A model generated the notes under the pieces. The model was not told the origin of the DNA. It saw only the letters and a program-made list of their open reading frames with translations, and ran no database searches. This document shows positions 56,462 to 64,000 of a DNA stretch of 64,000 nucleotides, piece after piece. Each line of letters begins with the position of its first letter. The first letter of the stretch is position 1. Origin of the DNA: an uncultured Sphingomonadaceae bacterium (GTDB lineage Bacteria; Pseudomonadota; Alphaproteobacteria; Sphingomonadales; Sphingomonadaceae); contig CAXTMX010000005.1 of NCBI GenBank assembly GCA_964245585.1, positions 23 to 64,022 on the forward strand, in the 5' to 3' direction. The position numbers and the translations under genes were made by a program.

Positions 56462-57311
56462 ATGTCTGAGCGACAATTTCAAGAGGATGCGCGCACACCG
56501 GACGCGCGCCACCTGCTGATCAAGCCTGGCATCCCGGACTGGCGGAATGCGGACAGCTACCGGCATCTGCTCGAGCTCGACGCTGAGGGTTGGGCATGGG
56601 AATGGCTGCGCCGCAATCCAGCCTATGTTGAAGCAGCCGAGAGCACGCCGCTACCCGTCGCCGAGCCGGCGAGCGGGCAACCTTATGTGGTTCTCTCCAG
56701 CGCGCGCATCGTCGCAGACTGGGGGCTTCATTTTCGCGGAGCATCCGTCGATCCCAGCGCCGCAGGCAAGGCTGATCTGGCACGCCAGCTGCTTACCTTC
56801 GGCGCTTGCGGTCGACGCGATCCCCGCGCCAACGCCAACGCCAGACGTCTTTGACTTCGACGATGCCGGCGCTGCGGTCACCATCGCGCGGGAATCGAGC
56901 GGGCTGGAGAGTGTCGTCCTCAGCAATGGATATCAACGAATCCGGCTCGATATCTTGCAGGGCAGCATTGGCAACGGGCCTGTCCGGCTTCGTTATCGGA
57001 TCAGCGGGTCGCCGGCGCTGGATCGCCAACTGCACAACCTCAAGCGCTTGCTGATGATGAGACGAGACGGACGGATCACGCGAGATTCGTCAGGGACCAC
57101 GCCCAAAGCCGCTCGCTGGATACCTGTCTTGAGAGCGATCGACGCACGCGCCAAGTCCATTACGCAGCGCGATATCGCCGCCGAGCTGTTTCCCCGCATT
57201 GGTCTTGGGAAGGACTGGCGTGATACCGATTCGGTTCGGATGCGCGTCCATCGCCTGATCTCCGCGGGCAATGAAATGCTCGCCGGCGGATATCTGCGCC
57301 TATTGCGTTAG
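56462..57311 (+). CDS. fseA: FseA-like activator (Msi172/DUF6499 + Msi171/DUF2285) made by +1 programmed frameshift
   Basis: AWEWLRRN motif. Slippery site GAC.TGG.GGG.CTT.CAT.TTT.CGC at 56717-56737. The +1 frame continues FAEHP..LRAIDAR..QRDIA..W..GGYLRLL. Confidence 0.85.
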
Positions 57312-57553
57312 TCGGTGGTTTCAGGCGCCGGGGCGCCCCCCAGAGCAGACTTGCGCAACAGTTCATGCGCTTCGACGCCGAGTGCGCGGGCGATATCGTC
57401 GACCATGTCGATCGTCGCACCATAGATCGATCGTTCGAGTGCGCTGATATAGGTGCGGTCTATCCCCGCCTCATGCGCCAACGCTTCCTGCGAGAGCCCC
57501 TTCGCATTTCTCATCGTTCGGAGGTTGTGCGCGAACACCAAACGTATATCCAT
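57308..57553 (-). CDS. qseC: XRE HTH regulator, QseC-like
   Basis: MDIRLVFAHNLRTMRNAKGLSQEALAHEAGIDRTYISALER; divergent from the qseM-like gene. Confidence 0.8.
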   Translation of the reverse strand: MDIRLVFAHNLRTMRNAKGLSQEALAHEAGIDRTYISALERSIYGATIDMVDDIARALGVEAHELLRKSALGGAPAPETTD

Positions 57554-57631
57554 AACGGCAAGCGGACGCGCTTGCGATGTATTCCTCCACGGAGTATACT
57601 CGACAAGTGTATTTTTGGATACGGTTCAAAG

Positions 57632-57940
57632 ATGAGTGAGCAGCAGTCCAGGCTGAGTGAGACCGCGCCGACGGGGCCGCAGCTCACCGATTACGACCGG
57701 GCGCATCGCATCACCTATTTGCGCTTGCTCGACGCTGAAGCCGAGTCCGCGGATTGGCGCGAGGTCGCGACTGTTGTTCTTCATCTCGATGTCGCTGCGG
57801 ATGTTGAGCGGGCGCGGCGCATCTGGGAAAGCCATCTCGCGAGAGCGCGGTGGATGACCGAGGCCGGCTATCGACAGGAGCTCGATACCGCCGCCTCATT
57901 AGGTTGTGAACCCATAAACACGACGACATCTGCTCGTTGA
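57632..57940 (+). CDS. qseM: QseM-like antiactivator (stand-alone DUF2285)
   Basis: LTDYDRAHRITYLRLLDAEAESADWREVA...SHLARARWMTEAGY. Confidence 0.85.
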   Translation: MSEQQSRLSETAPTGPQLTDYDRAHRITYLRLLDAEAESADWREVATVVLHLDVAADVERARRIWESHLARARWMTEAGYRQELDTAASLGCEPINTTTSAR

Positions 57941-58230
57941 CCCAAGGAGCGTAGCGCGGCAAGAGCAACCCATGAGGTCGTTGAGCATCGCGCGCAGGTG
58001 CCTGCTGGTCAGCGCAGAGTTTACGCTACAGCGTTCGCCCTCGGTGGGCTGAGAGCGGGTTCAGCCGAGTTGTGGTTCCTGATCGCTATCGCATCGGTCT
58101 TCGGCATTGCGTTAAGCGCAGCGGCTTGTGTCATCCTTCAGGTAAAGGCCACGTTTCTGCGGCGGGGCGAAAGCACCCCATTGGGGTAACTGCCGCTTCA
58201 TTTGGGCTGAGAAGCTGATTCAGCATTGGC

Positions 58231-58320
58231 ATGAGCCGATACGATCTAACCGACTTCGAATGGCCCGTGATCGAGACGTTGCTGCCTAACAAGCTGCGTG
58301 GGGCCTTCGCCAGGGCGACG
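58231..58320 (+). pseudogene. IS5-family transposase N-terminal remnant
   Basis: Translates MSRYDLTDFEWPVIETLLPNKLRG, typical of IS5-family (DUF4096) N-termini, then degenerates. Confidence 0.7.
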
Positions 58321-58384
58321 GACTCCTAACTCGGCAACTCCGCGGCGAGCGGGCGCCAATCTATTCTGCGTTCCGACCCTAGCC

Positions 58385-58413
58385 GTACGAATCCGTACCC
58401 CGCGAATTCGTAC
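58385..58413. promoter_or_regulatory. Inverted repeat upstream of rdfS, candidate FseA-type operator
   Basis: GTACGAAT-N13-ATTCGTAC perfect 8-bp inverted repeat ending 78 nt before the ATG. Confidence 0.5.
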
Positions 58414-58491
58414 CTGCCGTTCCGACCTCGACCGCGCCACATCAAAGTAGACGAGCGCGTGGAAGCGCTCCGAGCGGCGGCGAGGTGAGCA

Positions 58492-58728
58492 ATGGATGGC
58501 AACGAGAACGTGCGCGCAAGCCTGGCGAGAAGCGGCACACCGTTTCTCAGCCCAGAGCAAGCGGGCCACTATCTTGGCGTGTCGACCCGAACACTCCAGG
58601 AGCATCGATCCGCGGGCACCGGACCGCGCGTCCGACGGCATTGCCGTCGGGTGCGCTATCATATTGACGATCTCGAGGCATGGTCGGCGGGCCTTGGGGC
58701 AACGGACGCCGGCGATGGCTCGCCGTAG
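58492..58728 (+). CDS. rdfS: RdfS-like excisionase (HTH_17/MerR-like)
   Basis: FLSPEQAGHYLGVSTRTLQEHR..GTGP...RVRYHIDDLEAW; first gene of rdfS-traF-SLT. Confidence 0.8.
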   Translation: MDGNENVRASLARSGTPFLSPEQAGHYLGVSTRTLQEHRSAGTGPRVRRHCRRVRYHIDDLEAWSAGLGATDAGDGSP

Positions 58729-59242
58729 CTGGCCGACGCCTCGCGTTTGGCGGGGGCGGGTTGCCGTCGTCCTCGGCATCTTCTGCCTCGCCGCGACGAT
58801 CGCGTGGCCGCCGCGTCCGATTCTCGTTTGGAACGCGAGCGCCAGCGCTCCTCTCGGCCTTTATGCGGTCTCGCCCGTCGGGCCGGTGCGCGTCGGAGAC
58901 ATGGTCATCGCGCGGACGCCGCAATCTGTCCGCGATCTTGCGGCGCGGCGGCATTATCTTCCCGCCAACGTCCCGCTGGTCAAGCGCGTCGCCGCGGTCG
59001 GCGGCGACCGTGTTTGCGCGCGAGGCGACTCGGTATCGGTCAACGGCATTGCCCGCGTCCACAGAGTGGAGCACGACGGCGCCGGCCGCCCGCTGCCGTG
59101 GTGGCGGGGCTGCACCGTGCTGGGGCACGGAGCGCTGTTTCTGTTGATGGCGAACCGTACGGATTCGTTCGACGGGCGCTATTTCGGCGCGACCGGACCG
59201 GACGACGTCATCGGCAAGGCGCATCTGCTGTGGCCTGGTTGA
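58715..59242 (+). CDS. traF: Conjugal transfer S26 peptidase TraF
   Basis: WNASASAPLGLY, PLVKRVAA..GD.VC and DSFDGRYFG. Confidence 0.9.
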   Translation: MARRSWPTPRVWRGRVAVVLGIFCLAATIAWPPRPILVWNASASAPLGLYAVSPVGPVRVGDMVIARTPQSVRDLAARRHYLPANVPLVKRVAAVGGDRVCARGDSVSVNGIARVHRVEHDGAGRPLPWWRGCTVLGHGALFLLMANRTDSFDGRYFGATGPDDVIGKAHLLWPG

Positions 59243-59871
59243 AGGCGACAGCAATAGCGCTGGCCTTGGCGCTCGGCCCCCCGGCTCACGCCCAGCCGGT
59301 TGTAGAACGCCTCGCCCGCTGGCGCCCGTTCGTGACCGAAGCCTCGACGCGCTTCGGCATTCCGACGGAATGGATCGAACGCGTGATGCGCGCCGAAAGC
59401 GGCGGCTCGACCCCGCTCGGTGAGCGACCGATCACCAGCGCCAAGGGCGCAATGGGATTGATGCAGATCATGCCCGCGACCTGGACGGAGCTGCGCGCCG
59501 CATTGGGATTGGGGGCAGATCCCTACGACCCGCGCGACAACATCCTGGCTGGCGCGGCCTATCTGCGGCGGATGTTCGATCGCTTCGGGTTTCCGGGCCT
59601 CTTCGCGGCCTACAATGCCGGACCCGGCCGCTATGCCGAGCATCTCGCAAGCGGCCGTCCCTTGCCCGGCGAGACGCGCGCCTATCTCGCGAGCGTTGGC
59701 GGTAGCGGCGATCGCTCGGAAGTCGTGACGGCGGTGCCACCCTTCAATCCCATCTTTTTCGCTTCGACCGGCATGTCTGGACGGCCGACAAAAGGAGCAA
59801 GCAAGGGTGCCGGGTTGTTTGTCGTCTTGCGGTCCGATGTGGTGGATGAGGCGGTCAATCGAGACCCATAG
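59230..59871 (+). CDS. Lytic transglycosylase (SLT)
   Basis: VMRAESGG, SAKGAMGLMQIMP and AAYNAGPG. Confidence 0.9.
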   Translation: MAWLKATAIALALALGPPAHAQPVVERLARWRPFVTEASTRFGIPTEWIERVMRAESGGSTPLGERPITSAKGAMGLMQIMPATWTELRAALGLGADPYDPRDNILAGAAYLRRMFDRFGFPGLFAAYNAGPGRYAEHLASGRPLPGETRAYLASVGGSGDRSEVVTAVPPFNPIFFASTGMSGRPTKGASKGAGLFVVLRSDVVDEAVNRDP

Positions 59872-60049
59872 GAAGAGAAGGCGAGGGCGCCTGCCCCGGC
59901 CGCCGGCCGGGGCACCGGGGCTCTGCTCTGCTCGGCGTCTTCGCCGCCGAGCTCCGTCGAGCCGCGCGTGCCGCGCGTCTCGCCCTTCGGCGACGATCCC
60001 CTGGCGGGCAGCTGGCGCTAAGGGATCGCGCTCGGCGCGATGAGTCGCT

Positions 60050-60315
60050 TGAGCCGTTCGATCCCATCGCCCCCTTCGCCGCCTCCCAGTGTCCCTGGCG
60101 TGCCACGCGGATTTTCGGCGCCAAGGAGTTGCGTCGGGGACAAGCTCCGCTAGGCGAGACGGGGCCGGCGGCGCCTGTTCGCTTATCAGCGAAGCGCCGG
60201 CCCCGTCTCGCCAAGCTGCGCTAGTCCCCTCCCGTGCCTCTTGGCGCCAAGAAATCCGCGCGGCCCTGGGGACCCTGCGAGGACGGCTCCGGGTGCGATG
60301 GGATCGAGCCGGATC
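60050..60315. other. Large nested inverted-repeat structure upstream of leading-region genes
   Basis: Pairs: 60058-60070/60295-60307 (13 bp perfect), 60106-60126/60240-60260 (imperfect), 60153-60170/60195-60212 (18 bp perfect) and 60178-60183/60188-60193. Confidence 0.75.
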
Positions 60316-60555
60316 TCGCTCCGCTCCTCGTTGAAGCGGTATCGGCGGCATCTCGCCGCCGATGCGTCTTCGTCGCTTGTTGGGCCGCTGGCCGCGGCCC
60401 TTTGGTTGCTCAGACTCACCAGGCACGATGGAAATCTGTCAAGAAAACAATGAGGTGGAGGCAGTTTTGCTGGTCCTTTATAAGTATAGATGTCGCTGAT
60501 CGAAAACAAATCGCAGTCGGCGACCGACAGCAACGGGCTAGACGGAGTAATGACA

Positions 60556-60966
60556 ATGAACATCGGTGAAATGATCCATAACGACGACGGCAGCGTGACC
60601 GGCTATGTCGCCGAGGCGACCTATGATTTCGAGAACGTGTTTCTCGAAAAGGTCGCTTCCACCCACGAGCGTGCGCCCGCCTTCAATCTCAAGACCAAGA
60701 GCCCGCGCGGCCGTCCCGTCCGTCTCGGCTCGATCTGGGAGCGGGCGGCGAAGGAGACCGGCGAAATCTATTTCGGCGGCTACATTGAGAGCAGCGTGTC
60801 GGGCTTCGTGCCGCTGCGCCTGTTCCGTTCGCGCCAGAACCCGAATGCCTGGGTAATCGTGCGCAAGCTGCCGCAGCGCAAGGCCGGTGGCGCGCAGGGG
60901 ATCGAAATCCCCGAGGCGAACGAGGACTACGCCCGCGACTTCAGCCGCGAGCTGGAGGACGCCTGA
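60556..60966 (+). CDS. DUF736-like protein (putative ssDNA-binding)
   Basis: MNIGE...TG.V...ERAPAFNL...LGSIWER..ETGEIY pattern with an acidic C-terminus. Confidence 0.65.
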   Translation: MNIGEMIHNDDGSVTGYVAEATYDFENVFLEKVASTHERAPAFNLKTKSPRGRPVRLGSIWERAAKETGEIYFGGYIESSVSGFVPLRLFRSRQNPNAWVIVRKLPQRKAGGAQGIEIPEANEDYARDFSRELEDA

Positions 60967-60975
60967 ATGACGTGA

Positions 60976-60999
60976 AGGGGAGCGGTTCGCCGCTCCCCT
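60976..60999 (+). terminator. Stable hairpin (10-bp stem, TTCG loop), no clear U tract
   Basis: AGGGGAGCGG-TTCG-CCGCTCCCCT. Confidence 0.45.
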
Positions 61000-61032
61000 G
61001 ATCGTCGCCGACAATCGAAAGGAGCCTTCGCC

Positions 61033-61989
61033 ATGACGAGGGAAACGACCGCGCGCCGCGCGCGGGGCGGTGAGTCGTCGCGCGACATCTATGCCGAAGT
61101 AACCGCGAAGATCATCCACGAGCTTGAGGAAGGCCGCTTGCCCTGGGTGCAGCCTTGGGGACAGACCGGGAGCGTCAATCCGAGCCTGCCGCGCAACGCG
61201 CTGTCCGGTCGCAATTATTCGGGCGTGAACGTCCTAATCCTGTGGGGCGCGGTAATCGACGCAGGGTTCTCGTCGCAAAGCTGGCTGACCTTCCGGCAGG
61301 CGCTGGAAGCCGGAGGCAATGTCCGCAAGGGCGAGCGTGGAACGACCGTCGTCTATGCCGACCGCTTCATTCCAGAAGCGGAGAAGGCACGCGCCCGCGA
61401 GACCGGCGACGACGCCAAGGCCATCCCTTTCCTCAAGCGCTTCACCGTGTTCAATGTCGCGCAGTGCGAGGGGCTACGACCCGGCCTTGCCGCCGACCCA
61501 GCGCCCCTGCCGCAACGGCGGATCGTGCCTGTCGCCGAGGACGTGATCGCCGCATCGGGCGTGGACTTTCGCATCGGCGGAAGCCGCGCTTTCTATGCGC
61601 CCCCCGACGATTATGTGCAGGTGCCACCGCAACCCGCTTTCTTCGACCAGATCAACTATTATCGCACGGCGCTGCATGAACTGACCCACGCGACCGGCCA
61701 TGCCTCGCGCCTAGACCGCAAGCTGACCAACGCGTTCGGCAGCAAGGATTATGCGCGTGAGGAACTGGTCGCGGAGATGGGCAGCGCGTTCCTGTGCGCC
61801 GCGCTCGGCATCGTGCCGACCGTGCGCCATGCCGACTATCTGGCGTCCTGGCTGGAAGCCCTGCGCGAGGACAGTCGCGCGATCTTCCGCGCCGCCAGCG
61901 CCGCCAGCAAGGCAGCGGACTGGATACTAGCGCGGCATCGCGAAACGCAGCAGCGGCAGACGGCCGAGGCCGAAAGGCTCGCGGCATGA
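61033..61989 (+). CDS. ardC: ArdC-family ssDNA-binding antirestriction protein (DUF1738 + zincin-like domain)
   Basis: IYAEVT..II..LE.G..PWVQPW, YSGVN, WLTFRQA, VRKGERG, VFNVAQ, LHELTHATGH..RL and YAREELVAE. Confidence 0.92.
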   Translation: MTRETTARRARGGESSRDIYAEVTAKIIHELEEGRLPWVQPWGQTGSVNPSLPRNALSGRNYSGVNVLILWGAVIDAGFSSQSWLTFRQALEAGGNVRKGERGTTVVYADRFIPEAEKARARETGDDAKAIPFLKRFTVFNVAQCEGLRPGLAADPAPLPQRRIVPVAEDVIAASGVDFRIGGSRAFYAPPDDYVQVPPQPAFFDQINYYRTALHELTHATGHASRLDRKLTNAFGSKDYAREELVAEMGSAFLCAALGIVPTVRHADYLASWLEALREDSRAIFRAASAASKAADWILARHRETQQRQTAEAERLAA

Positions 61990-62216
61990 GCGCGGCACGC
62001 ACGACGCCACGGCTCGAGGTCGAGCCGACCGAGGCCGGGATGCAGACGCTCGTCGCAGGTATCGCGCCGATCACCTTACGCGATCGATTGGCGATGCGCG
62101 CTGCAATGCCTCTCGAACCGAAGAAGTCGAAGCGCCCCGCCGATCACGGCCTGTTCGACCTCAACGCGCGCTTGCAGATCGACTTGTTCGACCAGCTTCC
62201 GCCACGCGGTGGATGA
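61986..62216 (+). CDS. Small hypothetical protein with QIDLF motif
   Basis: ATGA overlap with the ardC stop; 76 aa. Confidence 0.6.
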   Translation: MSAARTTPRLEVEPTEAGMQTLVAGIAPITLRDRLAMRAAMPLEPKKSKRPADHGLFDLNARLQIDLFDQLPPRGG

Positions 62217-62302
62217 CGCAGGCGGCCGTCCGCCGCCAGACCAAAGCCGGTCCGCCATCCCCGCAAAGAGCGACGGACCGGCGCTCACAAGGAACGTGTA
62301 AG

Positions 62303-64000
62303 ATGGAACTCAAATTTATTGCCCGTGACAAGCTGTTCATCGACAAGACGAACATGCGCTACGGCAAGAAGGCGCCCGACGTGTCGGACATCCTGTCCAC
62401 CGTGCGCGAGCGCGGCATCATCGTGCCGCTGATCGTCAAGCCCGCCAACCACGAGGGATGCTCCGGCATCGTCGCCGGCTCGCGCCGCTTCACCGCCGAC
62501 GCGATTATCGTCGCCGAAGGCATCGACCACGGGCCGTTGCCCTGCGCGATCCTCGAAGCAGGCGACGATGCCGCCGCGATCGAAGCCTCGCTGATCGAGA
62601 ATATCGCGCGGCGCGATCCCGACGAGGTGACGCAGTGGGAGACCTTCACCCGGTTGGTCAAGGAAGGCCGCAGCGTCGCGGACATTTCCGCGACGTTCGG
62701 ATTTCCCGAGCTTGGCGTGAAGCGCATCCTCGCGCTCGGCAACCTCATGCCGCGCATCCGCGACCTTTACCGCCGCGATCAGATTGACATCACGACCGTC
62801 CGTCATCTGACGCTGGCAAGCAAGAGCCAGCAGAAGGAATGGCTGGCGCTCCATGACGACCCGGAAGCCTATGTGCCGATCGGCCACCAGTTGAAGGCGT
62901 GGTTGTTCGGCGGGCAGTCGATCAAGGCCGACAACGCGCTGTTCGACGTCGAGGCGAGCGGGCTGGCGGTGGTCGCCGAGCTGTTCGGCGACAACCGCTA
63001 CTTCGCCGATGCCGATGCCTTCTGGACCGCGCAGGATGCCGCGATCGCCGCGCGCAAGGAGGAGTATCTGGACGCTGGATGGTCCGACGTGGTGATCGTG
63101 CCGCCCGGCGAGTATTTCTCGCAATGGGAGTATCGCAAGGCTCCGAAGCGCAAGGGCGGGCGCGTCTATGTCGACGTGCGCGACAGCGGCGAGGTGACGT
63201 TCCACGAGGGCTTTATCACCTCGAAGGAAGCGCGTCGGATGGAGCGCGGCGAGCCGATCGACACCGGTCCCAAGCCGACGCGGCCCGAGGTGACGAGCAC
63301 GATGCAGACCTATATCGACCTGCACCGTCATGCCACCGTGCGCGCCGCGCTGACCGGCCATCCCAAGGTCGCGCTGCGCTTGATGGTCGCCCACGTCATC
63401 GTCGGCTCGCACCTGTGGAGCGTGAAGCCCGAGCCGCAGGCCACGCGTAATGACGAGGTGCGCGAGAGCGTCGAGACCTGCATCGCCGAAGCGGAGTTCG
63501 ACGGCAAGCGTCGCGCCGCTCTCGCGCTGCTCGGCTTCTCCGCCGAGGAGCCGACCGTCACCGGCGGCAACGGCGACGCCTACGGGTTAGTCGGCCTGTT
63601 CCTGCGCTTGCTCGGCCTTCCCGATCGCGCGGTCATGGACGTGATCGCCATCGTCATCGGCGAAACGCTCGCCAGCGGCAGCGCCGCGGTCGAGGCGGTC
63701 GGCGGCGAGATCGGCGTCGATATGGCCCGCTACTGGCAGGCCGACGACGCCTTCTTCGAGCTGCTGCGCGACAAGGAGGTGCTGACCCGGATCGTCGCCG
63801 AGGTCGCGGGCGAGACCGTCGCCGGGGCCAACGCGAAGGAGAAGGGCAAGACCATGAAACGCATCGTCCGCGACCATCTGGACGGCGCGAACGGGCGCGC
63901 CAAGGTCGACGGCTGGGTGCCCAAGTGGATGGCGTTCCCGCCGTCCGCCTACACCGCGCGCGGCGGCGTCGGCAGCGTCGAGGCGGCGGCGCTGGTCGCG
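62303..64000 (+). CDS. ParB/RepB/Spo0J-family protein of ICE/plasmid leading regions, 3' end outside the window
   Basis: MELKFI..NMR..RGIIVPLIV..IVAGSRRF..EASLIENIAR, then an HTH. The frame appears open to the window end and is absent from the ORF track because no stop is reached. Confidence 0.88.
   Translation, partial: MELKFIARDKLFIDKTNMRYGKKAPDVSDILSTVRERGIIVPLIVKPANHEGCSGIVAGSRRFTADAIIVAEGIDHGPLPCAILEAGDDAAAIEASLIENIARRDPDEVTQWETFTRLVKEGRSVADISATFGFPELGVKRILALGNLMPRIRDLYRRDQIDITTVRHLTLASKSQQKEWLALHDDPEAYVPIGHQLKAWLFGGQSIKADNALFDVEASGLAVVAELFGDNRYFADADAFWTAQDAAIAARKEEYLDAGWSDVVIVPPGEYFSQWEYRKAPKRKGGRVYVDVRDSGEVTFHEGFITSKEARRMERGEPIDTGPKPTRPEVTSTMQTYIDLHRHATVRAALTGHPKVALRLMVAHVIVGSHLWSVKPEPQATRNDEVRESVETCIAEAEFDGKRRAALALLGFSAEEPTVTGGNGDAYGLVGLFLRLLGLPDRAVMDVIAIVIGETLASGSAAVEAVGGEIGVDMARYWQADDAFFELLRDKEVLTRIVAEVAGETVAGANAKEKGKTMKRIVRDHLDGANGRAKVDGWVPKWMAFPPSAYTARGGVGSVEAAALVA

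Larger units (their letters stand above)
25500..64000. mobile_element. ICE-like genomic island integrated at tRNA-Val, right end outside the window
   Basis: Integrase lies directly after the tRNA and GC/codon usage shifts. The island holds an FseA/QseC/QseM-RdfS-TraF-SLT module plus ardC and parB-like genes. The second att copy was not seen. Confidence 0.8.

Noticed and set aside
57998-58189. 63-aa hydrophobic ORF
   Set aside because: No RBS or homology evidence and adjacent to an IS scar, so it is unsupported.

Overview
GC-rich alphaproteobacterial DNA, sphingomonad-like by gene content. Bases 1-25.5 kb are core chromosome: a hybrid sensor kinase, prmA, an MCP, sdhCDA(+NTP transferase)B, zapE, mdh-sucD-sucA-sucB-(GIY-YIG cassette)-lpdA-tgt, a DEAD-box helicase, an FAD oxidoreductase, SapC, an MmgR/SuhB-like sRNA, N-formylglutamate amidohydrolase, cpdR and tRNA-Val(GAC). 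From the tRNA to the window end lies an ICE-like island. It carries an integrase, a reduced Ptl-like VirB T4SS (no virB1/B5/B7/D4 seen), a signal-peptide-bearing Rhs toxin, two LuxR paralogues, a frameshifted FseA plus QseC/QseM switch, rdfS-traF-SLT and leading-region genes (DUF736-like, ardC, parB-like). The standout is a 6045-bp element present in two tandem copies (toxin tip + immunity + XRE regulator + primase/P-loop fusion + XerD-like recombinase). It is inserted exactly in the conserved Y-V-x-N-N-P-x-x-x-T-D-P-x-G-L codons of the Rhs gene with only a 3-bp (TGT) overlap. The insertion fuses the element's own toxin tip in frame to the Rhs core and displaces a different tip with its ankyrin immunity gene downstream. 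Joining the outer junctions restores an intact in-frame Rhs with the other tip, so this appears to be a site-specific, toxin-swapping mobile element.
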